Shown here piece after piece: positions 26,851-36,199 of a DNA stretch of 64,000 bases. Position 1 is the first letter of the stretch. The number at the start of each line of letters is the position of its first letter. Under the pieces are notes generated by a model that searched no databases, was not told the DNA's origin, and saw only the letters and a list, made by a program, of their open reading frames with translations. A program made the translations under genes and the position numbers. Source of the stretch: an uncultured virus (IMG/VR IMGVR_UViG_3300035698_004319) (Duplodnaviria; Heunggongvirae; Uroviricota; Caudoviricetes); the IMG/VR virus record IMGVR_UViG_3300035698_004319. One strand, 5' to 3'.

Positions 26851-27993
26851 ATGGCAAAAATATCTAACATAATTCAACAGAATTTAAGCAACCTTGTAGG
26901 TAGTGTATCTGGTCAAGTCGGTGCCGCCCAAGGATTTGCTGCTAATTTGTTCAATAAGGCTAAAAATGCTACACAAACAAATGCAGCTGCAGCTAAAATA
27001 TTAAACAAATCTCCATTAGAGTTAAATGATACAAGTGCAACATCTCATATGAAACAAAATCCATATGAGTATGGTCAAGTGTATTATCCCGAAAATGTAA
27101 TGAATTTAGGTACAGGTCATTATATTATTATTGATGTTTTAGAAACATCTACAATAGGCAGTGACATAGGACAATATTTAAGAAAAGGTGCAAGTGCAGG
27201 CTTAAAAAAATTAGGTGCAGATGGTATAGCAACTAACCTACAAAAAGGTGTTAAGACAGGTAGAAATACTAAACTTGCAAATGGCGAAGATAGAATATCA
27301 GGCACTTCATCCGGTATCAACGCAGGTGTTTTAGGTTCGAGGCATAGTAGAGTTAGTGATACAATAGTTTTATATACACCACCAGGAATTAAAACAACTT
27401 ATATGGTAAACCATGAAGGTACGGAAACAGGAATGTTAGGCGATATCGCAGGCGTAAAAAGCTTTACCGATTTAGGTGCTAGAGCTGCTGAAATAATGTC
27501 CAAGATAGGTGCTGAAGCAGGCCAAATGATAACATCATTAATACCTGGCGCAGGAGATTTAAAGGGTGCATTGTCTAAAGTAACAGGCAGAGCATTTAAT
27601 AATAATGTAGAGATGGTATTCAAAGGCGTACCAATGAGAGAATTTACTTACAACTTTGAATTCGTGCCAAAGAATAGAGGTGAATTAGATAGTAGTAGAA
27701 AAATTATGCAACTATTAAGATTTCATATGCACCCCGAGTTGGGCGCTAGAAACGATTTTATTGTGCCATCGCAATTTCAATTAACATTTATGTATTTGGA
27801 TAAAAGAAATATGTACATACCTAGAATTAGCAAATGTGTATTAAAGAATATGGATTTATCACACGGAGATGATTCTAAGTTTACAACTTTTCCAGGTGAT
27901 GAACTAGGAGCTGCACCTGTATATACTAAAATGTCATTGATGTTTGCTGAAACAGAAATAATGACTAAGAAAACAATGGCTGAAGGATATTAA
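26851..27993 (+). CDS. gp48: Baseplate tail-tube cap
   Basis: I.LY.P, N...E..F.G...R.F.Y.F.F.P....E, P..F, CVL; synteny. Confidence 0.8.
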   Translation: MAKISNIIQQNLSNLVGSVSGQVGAAQGFAANLFNKAKNATQTNAAAAKILNKSPLELNDTSATSHMKQNPYEYGQVYYPENVMNLGTGHYIIIDVLETSTIGSDIGQYLRKGASAGLKKLGADGIATNLQKGVKTGRNTKLANGEDRISGTSSGINAGVLGSRHSRVSDTIVLYTPPGIKTTYMVNHEGTETGMLGDIAGVKSFTDLGARAAEIMSKIGAEAGQMITSLIPGAGDLKGALSKVTGRAFNNNVEMVFKGVPMREFTYNFEFVPKNRGELDSSRKIMQLLRFHMHPELGARNDFIVPSQFQLTFMYLDKRNMYIPRISKCVLKNMDLSHGDDSKFTTFPGDELGAAPVYTKMSLMFAETEIMTKKTMAEGY

Positions 27994-28529
27994 TGTATTT
28001 TTCATATTTTCCAAAAGGTACTTACGACATAGACAATAGTGGTAACGAAAAATTGGTTACTGATTTAATGCGTAGAGTAAAAGTCAAATCAAAAATTTTA
28101 AATGATATTAGTTTATATGACTACTATGATATACCTGAAAAAGAAACGCCTGAAATAACATCACAAAAGCATTTTGGCAGTCCTTATTATCATTGGGTTA
28201 TTCTAATGACAAATAATATTACCGACAGATATTACGGTTGGCCATTAAGCACATACGAATTTGAAACCTATCTACAAGAAAAATACCCTAATAATGACGG
28301 TGGCGCACATCATTATGAGATTACGCAATTGAGTGGTAAACAATCAGGTGAAGGCCCGAGTGATTACTCACATAGAATAGAAGTTAACAGTACAGTTGCA
28401 GGTGCTACGGCTGTTACGAATAGAGAATATGAAGAAAGATTACAAGATCAAAAAAGACAAATCAAATTATTAAATGCAGCTTACTTGCCTGTATTATTAG
28501 AAGAATTTGAAACCCTAATGGCGGATTAA
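27993..28529 (+). CDS. gp53: Baseplate wedge subunit
   Basis: YF..FP, Y.I...E.PE......G...YHW.IL..N.I.D....WP, HHYE. Confidence 0.88.
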   Translation: MYFSYFPKGTYDIDNSGNEKLVTDLMRRVKVKSKILNDISLYDYYDIPEKETPEITSQKHFGSPYYHWVILMTNNITDRYYGWPLSTYEFETYLQEKYPNNDGGAHHYEITQLSGKQSGEGPSDYSHRIEVNSTVAGATAVTNREYEERLQDQKRQIKLLNAAYLPVLLEEFETLMAD

Positions 28530-28533
28530 TAAT

Positions 28534-30024
28534 ATGAGTTTATATAATACTCTTGACTCGAGTGTTCTCACACGGCCAGGTCAATACTACCTTACAGATA
28601 TAAATCTTATCTCGTACCGTTCAGGTACAGATGATTCGGAACCAGACAAAATTGGTATTGATTCTCTAGTCGCAGAAGTTAATATTTACGAAAGTATATA
28701 CAATAAAACGCTCTCTGGCAACTTATTTGTTGTTGATACGCAGAATATCGTAGGTAAATTACCTTTAACCGGCAATGAACGATTAGGATTTAAACTCTAT
28801 ACACCATCAAGTCCATTTGGTTATGATTTTTCAGAAAAGTCAGGACATCCAATGTACATATACAAGATTACCAATCGTGTGGCAACCGGCCCAAGGTCGC
28901 AGGCATATATTATTCATTTTTGCAGTAAAGAGATGATTGATAACGAAACAGCCAGTGTTGCAAGTGCAATGAACACGTCTTATGACCTAATGGTCGCAGA
29001 CATTACCAAAAATCCATATTACCTCGGTTCTAATAAGAATTTCTATTACGAACCAGCTATTGGATTAAACAAATTTGTATTTGGTAGAAATAAACCTTTT
29101 GATTGCATAGACAAGTTATCCAAAAATACTATATCAAGCAAGTTTCATAATGCAGGCTATTACTTCTATGAAACAAGTAGAGGGTTTAATTACAAGTCTT
29201 TAGAAAGTATGTTAGCAGTAGAAAGTAATACGGCTAGGCCTGCTGTTGCAAGATTTAGACCTAAGCCTGCCAATATATCAGATGGCAGAGGTGAAAAAGA
29301 TATACGAAATGAAATGCAGATTGCCATTGATTACAAAGTATCCGATCAGTTTGACCAACTAAAGAATTTACGAAATGGTGTGTACGCAAACAAACTAATT
29401 ACCCACGACCAGTTTTACAAAACCATTACCGAACAAAATTTTAACTACGAAGATGAATATGGTAAAATGTTTCATACTGAAACCGATAGAACAGGAAGTA
29501 AAGAAACAGAAAAAGGTATATTGCCAAAGTATGTCCGAAATGGTAAGAGTTTATCCGAATATCCTGATGGCACCATCTATGTACATTCGAATACTCAAAA
29601 CATATATGGTTCCAATATAGAAACACCGGATCCTCATAACATACTTCAAAGAAGATTGAGTCAACGATCCGCCTTTGCGACCTTTAAATTAACCTTGACC
29701 GTGAACGGGTTTACAGGTATACAAGCAGGAGATATTATCACCTATGAACATCCATCTTATGAAAGTAAAGTTGCAGGTGAACAAAATGATAATGATATTT
29801 ACCTATCCGGCCGATACCTTGTGACTACCGTAAGACATCAAATTAATCAGGCTAACAAAAAACATCTAATGGTATTAGAATGCCATAAAGATAGTGTACG
29901 TAGACCGTATCCACAAGAAATCAACGATACCTTTATTGGTAGAGAAAAGATAGAAGAAGGAATTATAGATATATACGAATTTGATAAAATACTCTATGGA
30001 GGTCTAAGTACAAGCTTTAAATAA
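28534..30024 (+). CDS. Baseplate hub protein (gp27-like)
   Basis: IYESI, LP..G.E, YYFYE...GF.YKS.E, LSGRYLVT.VRH; lies between gp53 and gp5. Confidence 0.7.
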   Translation: MSLYNTLDSSVLTRPGQYYLTDINLISYRSGTDDSEPDKIGIDSLVAEVNIYESIYNKTLSGNLFVVDTQNIVGKLPLTGNERLGFKLYTPSSPFGYDFSEKSGHPMYIYKITNRVATGPRSQAYIIHFCSKEMIDNETASVASAMNTSYDLMVADITKNPYYLGSNKNFYYEPAIGLNKFVFGRNKPFDCIDKLSKNTISSKFHNAGYYFYETSRGFNYKSLESMLAVESNTARPAVARFRPKPANISDGRGEKDIRNEMQIAIDYKVSDQFDQLKNLRNGVYANKLITHDQFYKTITEQNFNYEDEYGKMFHTETDRTGSKETEKGILPKYVRNGKSLSEYPDGTIYVHSNTQNIYGSNIETPDPHNILQRRLSQRSAFATFKLTLTVNGFTGIQAGDIITYEHPSYESKVAGEQNDNDIYLSGRYLVTTVRHQINQANKKHLMVLECHKDSVRRPYPQEINDTFIGREKIEEGIIDIYEFDKILYGGLSTSFK

Positions 30025-30135
30025 GTCCGATATTTCCGACGCTTCCGAGAGCTGGCCAATCACCAGAGCTTATGAGAGAAAAGAATTTACAGACAACCTA
30101 TATAAACTATAAGACAACGTAAGGCAACACAAACA

Positions 30136-30252
30136 ATGAAAAAACTGATAAACATCATCAAGGAGGCCATAGCGAGAATGCTCCATCCATACTGTGGAAC
30201 GGACAAATGCTGTGGACACTGTGAGAAACCAAAGAAGGACACCAATGAATAG
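30136..30252 (+). CDS. Small Cys-rich peptide (...HPYCGTDKCCGHC...), not in ORF track
   Basis: 38-aa ORF with CGT..CCG.C. Confidence 0.45.
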   Translation: MKKLINIIKEAIARMLHPYCGTDKCCGHCEKPKKDTNE

Positions 30253-30502
30253 ATTGACAGATATGTTATATGAACTTCAATTAACGTATTTCTTTAAGGG
30301 TAGGAAAGAACTGATACGAGAGATTTGCTCTAGGATCAAGTCAGCCTTGCGACCTAATAAAGTTAAATAAGACAAGGGTTTATTATGGGGCTAACCAAGA
30401 GGAATAGGTGAGGAGGCCCTTTGCGTGAGTTTGCGGTAAATAGTAGGAAATAGCGTGTGCTGACGTGTTATTAAAGAACGAGCTAAAGAAAGAAAACAAA
30501 AG

Positions 30503-31579
30503 ATGAACGAAAACTTTTTAGGGAGAAACGGCTTTACCTGGTTTAACGGCGTTGTCGAGGATCGAAACGACCCTTTGAAAACAGGCCGAGTTAAAGTAAG
30601 GGTTGTCGGTGTACATACGGCCGATAAAACTATATTGCCTACAACGGACTTACCTTGGGCTCTCTGTGTATTGCCTATTACGGCCAGTGGAATATCTGGC
30701 ATTGGCCAGTCTTCTACGGGATTAGTGGAGGGAAGTTGGGTGTTTGGTTTCTTTAGAGATGGCGAACTTATGCAAGAGCCGGTGATAATGGGTAGTTTAC
30801 CTGGTTATGCCATAGAGTTGGCCAATCGTTCTAAAGGTTTTTTTGATCCTAGCGGCATTTATCCGAAATATATTAATGAGCCAGACGTGAATAGACTGGC
30901 CGTTAATTCAGAGGAAGCTCCGTCTTTGCCTCTGTTACTACGACAAGCAACAAGGATTACTGGCGTCCCAACGGCCGATACCAATGCCTTTACTTCCGCA
31001 GATGGAACTATAACGACCGCTTCAGATGGTACATTATGGAATCAGCCAGAGATTCCTTATGCGGCCGTCTATCCTTACAATCACGTATACGAAAGCGAAT
31101 CAGGCCATCTACGAGAGTTTGACGATACCCTTGGCCACGAAAGAATCTACGAGGCCCACCGAACAGGCACCTCTTATGAAATAAGCCCCGACGGAACTAA
31201 AACAGAAATCATTAAAGGCGGCCATTATACCTTAACCAGTGGAACAACTGGCCATTATATACAAGGAGATTCGGATGTAACCATATCTGGCCACTCTAAG
31301 GTATTCATTAACAAAAATGGTGAGGCCAATAACCATTACGATATTCAGATAGGGCCAAACGCCAATGTAAATATACAAGTGGACAACGGAGATATTAATC
31401 TAAACACCGTAACAGGTAAGATTAATATGAATGCTGGCGGTGATTACAATCTTAAAGTAGGAGGCAATTACACAGTAGCCGTTGCAGGTAGTATTATAGA
31501 AAACGTAGAGGGCGCCAAGACAAGTAACACAACAGGTGCAGTGATACACAGAGGTAGTACGATAGACCTAAACCCATAG
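30503..31579 (+). CDS. gp5: Baseplate central spike (OB-fold + beta-helix, no lysozyme domain)
   Basis: WF.GVVEDR.DPL..GRV.VR..G.H, LPWA, GFF.DG, YPYN.V.E.ESGH..E.DDT...ER, ends IDLNP. Confidence 0.92.
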   Translation: MNENFLGRNGFTWFNGVVEDRNDPLKTGRVKVRVVGVHTADKTILPTTDLPWALCVLPITASGISGIGQSSTGLVEGSWVFGFFRDGELMQEPVIMGSLPGYAIELANRSKGFFDPSGIYPKYINEPDVNRLAVNSEEAPSLPLLLRQATRITGVPTADTNAFTSADGTITTASDGTLWNQPEIPYAAVYPYNHVYESESGHLREFDDTLGHERIYEAHRTGTSYEISPDGTKTEIIKGGHYTLTSGTTGHYIQGDSDVTISGHSKVFINKNGEANNHYDIQIGPNANVNIQVDNGDINLNTVTGKINMNAGGDYNLKVGGNYTVAVAGSIIENVEGAKTSNTTGAVIHRGSTIDLNP

Positions 31580-31806
31580 AGGGTGGGCCGTTAAGCTGGA
31601 AGAAGCTGGGGCTAAACTATAATTACTCATTTACTATACGCTATAGATGGCCTTACTTGAAAAAATTTCCTTGGATCCTTCTTAGACAACTGGAAGTCGT
31701 TTCCTACTACCAGTGACCTTTTAAATTTCCTGGTATTTTTTGAGTAGGCCAAAGTCGTTTATCTTTCAGTATAACTTGGATACATAGTACGTATGGACAA
31801 ACACAG

Positions 31807-32007
31807 ATGAAGGACAGAGGACTTATACATAAGGGTGTAGCAACCTTCAGGAACCAGCTCCATGGTCCAGTGGTAGTACATAGGACTACTATTTCATGTG
31901 ATGGTGACGGTGAACACCCTTTGGTGTATTACACCTTAAAGGAAGGTTTAAATGGTGAGTGTTCGGCCCATTGTCATTATTGTGGAACGGAATTTATATA
32001 TAAATAG
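31807..32007 (+). CDS. zf-CHCC zinc-finger protein
   Basis: SCDG...HP.VY.......C.YCG..F. Confidence 0.75.
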   Translation: MKDRGLIHKGVATFRNQLHGPVVVHRTTISCDGDGEHPLVYYTLKEGLNGECSAHCHYCGTEFIYK

Positions 32008-32038
32008 ATAGAAACCAGATTTATTAAAGGAGTTTTAA

Positions 32039-32257
32039 ATGGGTCATTACGAAGCAACGGTAACATATACCATAGAGGTGATAGGCGAGGGCGGAGGAGA
32101 TTTCTCTTTTACAAGAAAAAGTAGAGATGTTGTAGCAGCGGATAGTTACGAGGATGCAAAGGAAAAATTTTCAGAACGCTATGCAAACCGGGATAATATA
32201 TCCAATGTATCTATTGGTAAGTGTACACCTGTTACCGGTCCTGTATCTATTGTTTAG
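32039..32257 (+). CDS. Hypothetical protein
   Basis: TATAAATA at 31999-32006 and AAGGAG RBS upstream. Confidence 0.6.
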   Translation: MGHYEATVTYTIEVIGEGGGDFSFTRKSRDVVAADSYEDAKEKFSERYANRDNISNVSIGKCTPVTGPVSIV

Positions 32258-33452
32258 AGAAGTAATTATATCCGAAGTTCTTATCAATCTTCATTAAACC
32301 AGGTGCAGTAAAGCACCATTGGCCAGCATTAACGGGAGTACCTATTTCGTGTTCTCTCCGGAAACCGGAAATCATTCTTTGTAAATTTTCGGAAGTTTCT
32401 AAACGCTTAGACGTTATTTCTTTTGTGTGTTTCCAAAAAGGTGTATCATAGATAGAACCTCCGTGGTAATAATAACAGATCAGTTCTTCTACTTGATTTG
32501 CAATGTTGAGAAACTGTGTATTGACATTAGGTATAGTCGGTTGCAAATCTGTATCCCCTAAGGTTTCCCCTGCCATATACGCAAACAATAAACGATTGAT
32601 GTTATCATATAACCATAAAGAGGTGGCACTAATCGGTTCAAAAAAGATAGCTGCATTTCCATTTTTCAAAATACGACCATCAAATATGTCTTTAGCATAA
32701 TACGATTTAAATTTATATTCTATATTGTCCAATAAAGATTCAGGTACCATTATTTCTTTAGAAAAATCTGCTTTTGCTTCTGCTATACTTGTGATGGTAT
32801 TATTGAATAGATAACCATAACTCTGTCTGGTCGTTAAAGGGATCTCAAACATCCAACCATTTTTAGTTGCTCTATGTCCTGTGTATTGCCAATCGCCAGG
32901 TTTTTTTATATTATGTACTAAACAATGATTGACCGGTAAATTACAGACCTGATACTGGCTATAATCTTTTGGAAAACCTGTACATTGAATTACGTAATTA
33001 AAGTTATGTACTGTATCTCCAATCGTACATTCAACGTGATCACCTACATTTTTTAAATCAGAAACATATCCTTGTATTTGTTTAAACTTGTTTGGAAAGT
33101 TTTCTTCAAATTTGTCTTTAACAAAATCAAATAACTTATGAGTATTGAAATGAATAGCATTACTGCCGCCTAATAGTGGATGATAGAAATCATCTTTTCT
33201 CCAATTTTTAAATACAGTTGCATACTTAATGGTACCTTCTAATTTTTCCAAATCTCTCAATACTTGAAAATTTACCGAGGTGTCTAATGAACTAACAAAA
33301 CTTGGATTGGTACTTTCGCCAATACCTACTCTTGGAGTATTAGGATCGTAGATGGAATATACTTCCCAATCTTTAGGTAGATATGTTAAAAAATGAGAAA
33401 GAGCTAATACGCCAGCACTTCCTGTTCCAATTACAGCAATTTTATGTTTCAT
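32247..33452 (-). CDS. Tryptophan-halogenase-like flavoprotein
   Basis: IAVIG.G.AG, G.GEST, K....F..W, CTGF, GW.F.IPL..R...GY, GNA..FFEP..AT. Confidence 0.85.
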   Translation of the reverse strand: MKHKIAVIGTGSAGVLALSHFLTYLPKDWEVYSIYDPNTPRVGIGESTNPSFVSSLDTSVNFQVLRDLEKLEGTIKYATVFKNWRKDDFYHPLLGGSNAIHFNTHKLFDFVKDKFEENFPNKFKQIQGYVSDLKNVGDHVECTIGDTVHNFNYVIQCTGFPKDYSQYQVCNLPVNHCLVHNIKKPGDWQYTGHRATKNGWMFEIPLTTRQSYGYLFNNTITSIAEAKADFSKEIMVPESLLDNIEYKFKSYYAKDIFDGRILKNGNAAIFFEPISATSLWLYDNINRLLFAYMAGETLGDTDLQPTIPNVNTQFLNIANQVEELICYYYHGGSIYDTPFWKHTKEITSKRLETSENLQRMISGFRREHEIGTPVNAGQWCFTAPGLMKIDKNFGYNYFSKQ

Positions 33453-33470
33453 ATAGTATATAGTATTTTT

Positions 33471-34040
33471 TTATGGGTTGGTGTTCGATATAGCAACATC
33501 AAAGATAAAGGCTATACGTTCTACCTGTCCTATGTTTTCTGCCATATGATTTTTTTTATTATTGAACCAAAAGAAGGTACCTGGTTCCACATCAATGATC
33601 TCTTTGGTACTGTCATCATCGCCATTATCCCAAACAGTATACCGATACCTGCCACTGATAGATAAATGATACCGATCTTTGGTTAGGTAATACTTACCTT
33701 TGTCTATATGTTTACCTGTAATCTCTCCTACAGGTGTTCGTAAAAAGGCACAACGACCAGGTCGTAAAGAATTTTCCATTAGCCATTGTTGAATTGCAAT
33801 ATGTCGAATCGTAGCTTCGGTAGGAACACAAATCTCGGTATCACCTATAAATTCATCTGGAGTAGAAACTCCACCCATAACTAATTGTAATACACCTGAT
33901 GTAACTAAACGAGTATGAGGGTCTTGTCTATCGATACCTTTCATACGGCCTACATTACCCCAATCTTCAGGATATTTTTCTATATCTTGGAGAATAGGTG
34001 CCACGTTAATGCCGGTTTTAATAATTCTTATATTCTTCAT
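33471..34040 (-). CDS. Aspartyl/asparaginyl beta-hydroxylase-like 2OG-Fe(II) oxygenase
   Basis: HID.G.YY...DRYH, WFNNK..H..N....RI..IFD. Confidence 0.75.
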   Translation of the reverse strand: MKNIRIIKTGINVAPILQDIEKYPEDWGNVGRMKGIDRQDPHTRLVTSGVLQLVMGGVSTPDEFIGDTEICVPTEATIRHIAIQQWLMENSLRPGRCAFLRTPVGEITGKHIDKGKYYLTKDRYHLSISGRYRYTVWDNGDDDSTKEIIDVEPGTFFWFNNKKNHMAENIGQVERIAFIFDVAISNTNP

Positions 34041-34058
34041 AACTAAAGTATAACATAA

Positions 34059-34304
34059 TTACTTCTTTTTGGCAACCAGTTCCTTACAATTCTCGTACCA
34101 GTAAATACCACTATCTCTTAGTAGGTCATTAGAGGTTCTTAATCTCTCCATACCCTTACAAAATTTAGTTAACTTTCCTACAGGCAACTTTCTAGCATCC
34201 TCAACCAGACTAATAAGATTATCAATGTTAGAACAAGTGCTAGGCGGAACTTTAGGAGCCTTTGCTTGTAAAGACTGTAACGTTACTTTCTTTGCAATAG
34301 CCAT
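34059..34304 (-). CDS. Hypothetical protein
   Basis: AP.VP..TC..ID...E.LR..N..LR; RBS. Confidence 0.6.
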   Translation of the reverse strand: MAIAKKVTLQSLQAKAPKVPPSTCSNIDNLISLVEDARKLPVGKLTKFCKGMERLRTSNDLLRDSGIYWYENCKELVAKKK

Positions 34305-34492
34305 TTCTTTCTCCTAGCTCTTTGTTGAGCTAACATTAACCTTTTTTGAGTTAATGTCATAGTAATGTGTTTTACTTTTTTTTCTATTTTATTTTGTTTT
34401 CTTTTTTCCTCAAAGTGAGTATATAAGAAGCTGCAAAGAACAACAACTAGGAATAAAAACAAAATTAAGATTGGTCTAGTTTCCATATACAC
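34283..34492 (-). CDS. Small membrane-anchored basic protein
   Basis: GAGG RBS; TM helix. Confidence 0.5.
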   Translation of the reverse strand: MYMETRPILILFLFLVVVLCSFLYTHFEEKRKQNKIEKKVKHITMTLTQKRLMLAQQRARRKKWLLQRK

Positions 34493-34514
34493 CTCTTAAT
34501 TTAATTAGTTTATA

Positions 34515-34522
34515 TATTTATA
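34515..34522 (-). promoter_or_regulatory. T4-type late promoter
   Basis: TATAAATA on the minus strand just after a terminator. Confidence 0.6.
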
Positions 34523-34544
34523 TCAAATTTTTGAAATCGGATAT

Positions 34545-34580
34545 AAAAAACCCACCGTAGCACTTAACTACCACGGTGGG
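34545..34580 (-). terminator. Rho-independent terminator
   Basis: CCCACCGTGGTA/TGCTACGGTGGG stem followed by a T run on the minus strand. Confidence 0.8.
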
Positions 34581-34606
34581 AAGAAACAACCCTCTAAGGG
34601 GTAACT

Positions 34607-34834
34607 CTAAATTATATAATAGGTATAAATTAATCCAAAAGCGTTGACGCTTAATAGAGTAGCGTTTGTTACGATCAACGACCACTCTTTCCACATAATG
34701 CTAACGATTAACCAAAATACTCCACCAACACCTGTTATTGCTGGCCCTAATGGGTATATGTTAAATGATGTAAAACCACAACCTATGATTAATAGAAAGG
34801 TGGCAAACCATTTTAAATAAGTGTCTATTTTCAT
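34607..34834 (-). CDS. Small 3-TM membrane protein
   Basis: LKW.AT...NIYP.G......GG..W......WK...L...N. Confidence 0.6.
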   Translation of the reverse strand: MKIDTYLKWFATFLLIIGCGFTSFNIYPLGPAITGVGGVFWLIVSIMWKEWSLIVTNATLLSVNAFGLIYTYYII

Positions 34835-35124
34835 CTGTAATAAATGGCAAAGTTATCAGCGTAAGCTTTGTGGGCAAAAGATGATGGCCTTGAATACTGT
34901 CCTTTTGAAGCACCTCTATATCTTATTCGTAAAGGTTTTACCTTCTTTGAAAATTGATAAAACAGAGGTAAGTATTTCATAGGAATACCTTTAGCAATAC
35001 CTTGTTCATTAGGATGAGCCAAGTATTTTTTAGCTACCTTGTTACCAACTCTTTTGAGTTTTTGGTAATATTCAGTGTTCAAAATTTTATCTGCAGAATG
35101 CTTCATATTATATTCCATACTCAT
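34831..35124 (-). CDS. Basic hypothetical protein
   Basis: KGIPM...RIRYRG.S...RP.S.......A..FA.Y. Confidence 0.6.
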   Translation of the reverse strand: MSMEYNMKHSADKILNTEYYQKLKRVGNKVAKKYLAHPNEQGIAKGIPMKYLPLFYQFSKKVKPLRIRYRGASKGQYSRPSSFAHKAYADNFAIYYR

Positions 35125-35374
35125 CTAATCTAAAATCTACCACCGGTGTAAAGTCGTAGGCATATTCATTCTCTAACAGGGGTCCTGACATCTTAACATT
35201 GGTGTCATTTGCTTTTCTAGTATCAAAGAAATTTTGCAAAGTATTTTTTAACTTGGTTGCCATTTCGTTTGATGTAAGTTTACAGAAAAGAGAACCACAT
35301 ACAATAGATGATTCTTCAGCACCTACCTTTTTTGTGATTTCTAATATTTCAGATCGTAATTGTTTGTTTGTCAT
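35108..35374 (-). CDS. Hypothetical protein
   Basis: AAGGAG RBS. Confidence 0.6.
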   Translation of the reverse strand: MTNKQLRSEILEITKKVGAEESSIVCGSLFCKLTSNEMATKLKNTLQNFFDTRKANDTNVKMSGPLLENEYAYDFTPVVDFRLDEYGI

Positions 35375-35386
35375 AGTGTTTTCTCC

Positions 35387-35563
35387 TTATTGTTTATAGT
35401 ATAGTTTAATTGGTTCATTTTTTTCTTGTAACATAATGGTCATTACAAAAGACGATACACCTAATAGAGTGAGTATAAACCCAATCATATAGTTGTCTGC
35501 TTCTACCGAACCAACGGCGAAGACCATTAAAAAAGTACCTAGTGTGGCTAATATTGTTATCAT
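35387..35563 (-). CDS. Small two-TM protein, not in ORF track
   Basis: AAAGGA RBS; 58 aa hydrophobic ORF. Confidence 0.55.
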   Translation of the reverse strand: MITILATLGTFLMVFAVGSVEADNYMIGFILTLLGVSSFVMTIMLQEKNEPIKLYYKQ

Positions 35564-35587
35564 AGTGTTTTTTCCTTTGTTCTGGTT

Positions 35588-35917
35588 TTAAGCTTTATTT
35601 TTTTTATCTTCTGTTGAATATTTACTGATATGTTTATCAACATCACTCGTTCTAAATGAATTTTGATATAATGAATAGATAGACGATATTTTTGCGTCTG
35701 TCGGAGCAAAAGATTGTTTAAAACCTTTATTTCTCGTAAAAGTTCTTATTGTATTTTTATATGTATAACTAGGTTTTTTATATTCATACACAGGCATTTG
35801 TATTTTTAAGTCACTATTATACTTTATTTCAGTTACTTTGTCGTAGTCTTTTTTTGCAACATATAATTTTTTTAATACTGTTAATAAAATGTTGTGTTTA
35901 TTTACTTCTTTTTTCAT
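35588..35917 (-). CDS. Basic early hypothetical protein
   Basis: AAAGGA...ACACTATG RBS supports start 35917. Confidence 0.6.
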   Translation of the reverse strand: MKKEVNKHNILLTVLKKLYVAKKDYDKVTEIKYNSDLKIQMPVYEYKKPSYTYKNTIRTFTRNKGFKQSFAPTDAKISSIYSLYQNSFRTSDVDKHISKYSTEDKKNKA

Positions 35918-35955
35918 AGTGTATTGTCCTTTTTTGTTTTTCATAATATACATAT

Positions 35956-35984
35956 AGAATACACTATAAATAGCTAAAAGTCAA
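35956..35984 (-). promoter_or_regulatory. sigma70-type early promoter (leftward)
   Basis: TTGACT-17-TATTCT; GCTTGACTTTT identical to the promoter at 2220. Confidence 0.7.
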
Positions 35985-36035
35985 GCAAATAATACATAAA
36001 AAAATGTTTAAAATCAGTGTTTTATTGGTATGTTT

Positions 36036-36050
36036 GTTCTCTCTTTGTTC
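36036..36050. promoter_or_regulatory. Alphaproteobacterial LexA box candidate
   Basis: GTTC-TCTCTTT-GTTC, with an extra GTTC at 36053. Confidence 0.6.
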
Positions 36051-36199
36051 TTGTTCTGTAAAAAATTGCGAAATTGCACCAAATTACAAGGAAATTGGCG
36101 AATCAGCGTTAAAAAATACTACAAATTTAACGGAAATTGAAGTAAGAAGTGGCCAAGTTACTTGTAAATATTGATAAATAGTTAAAAAGAGAGAATTTT

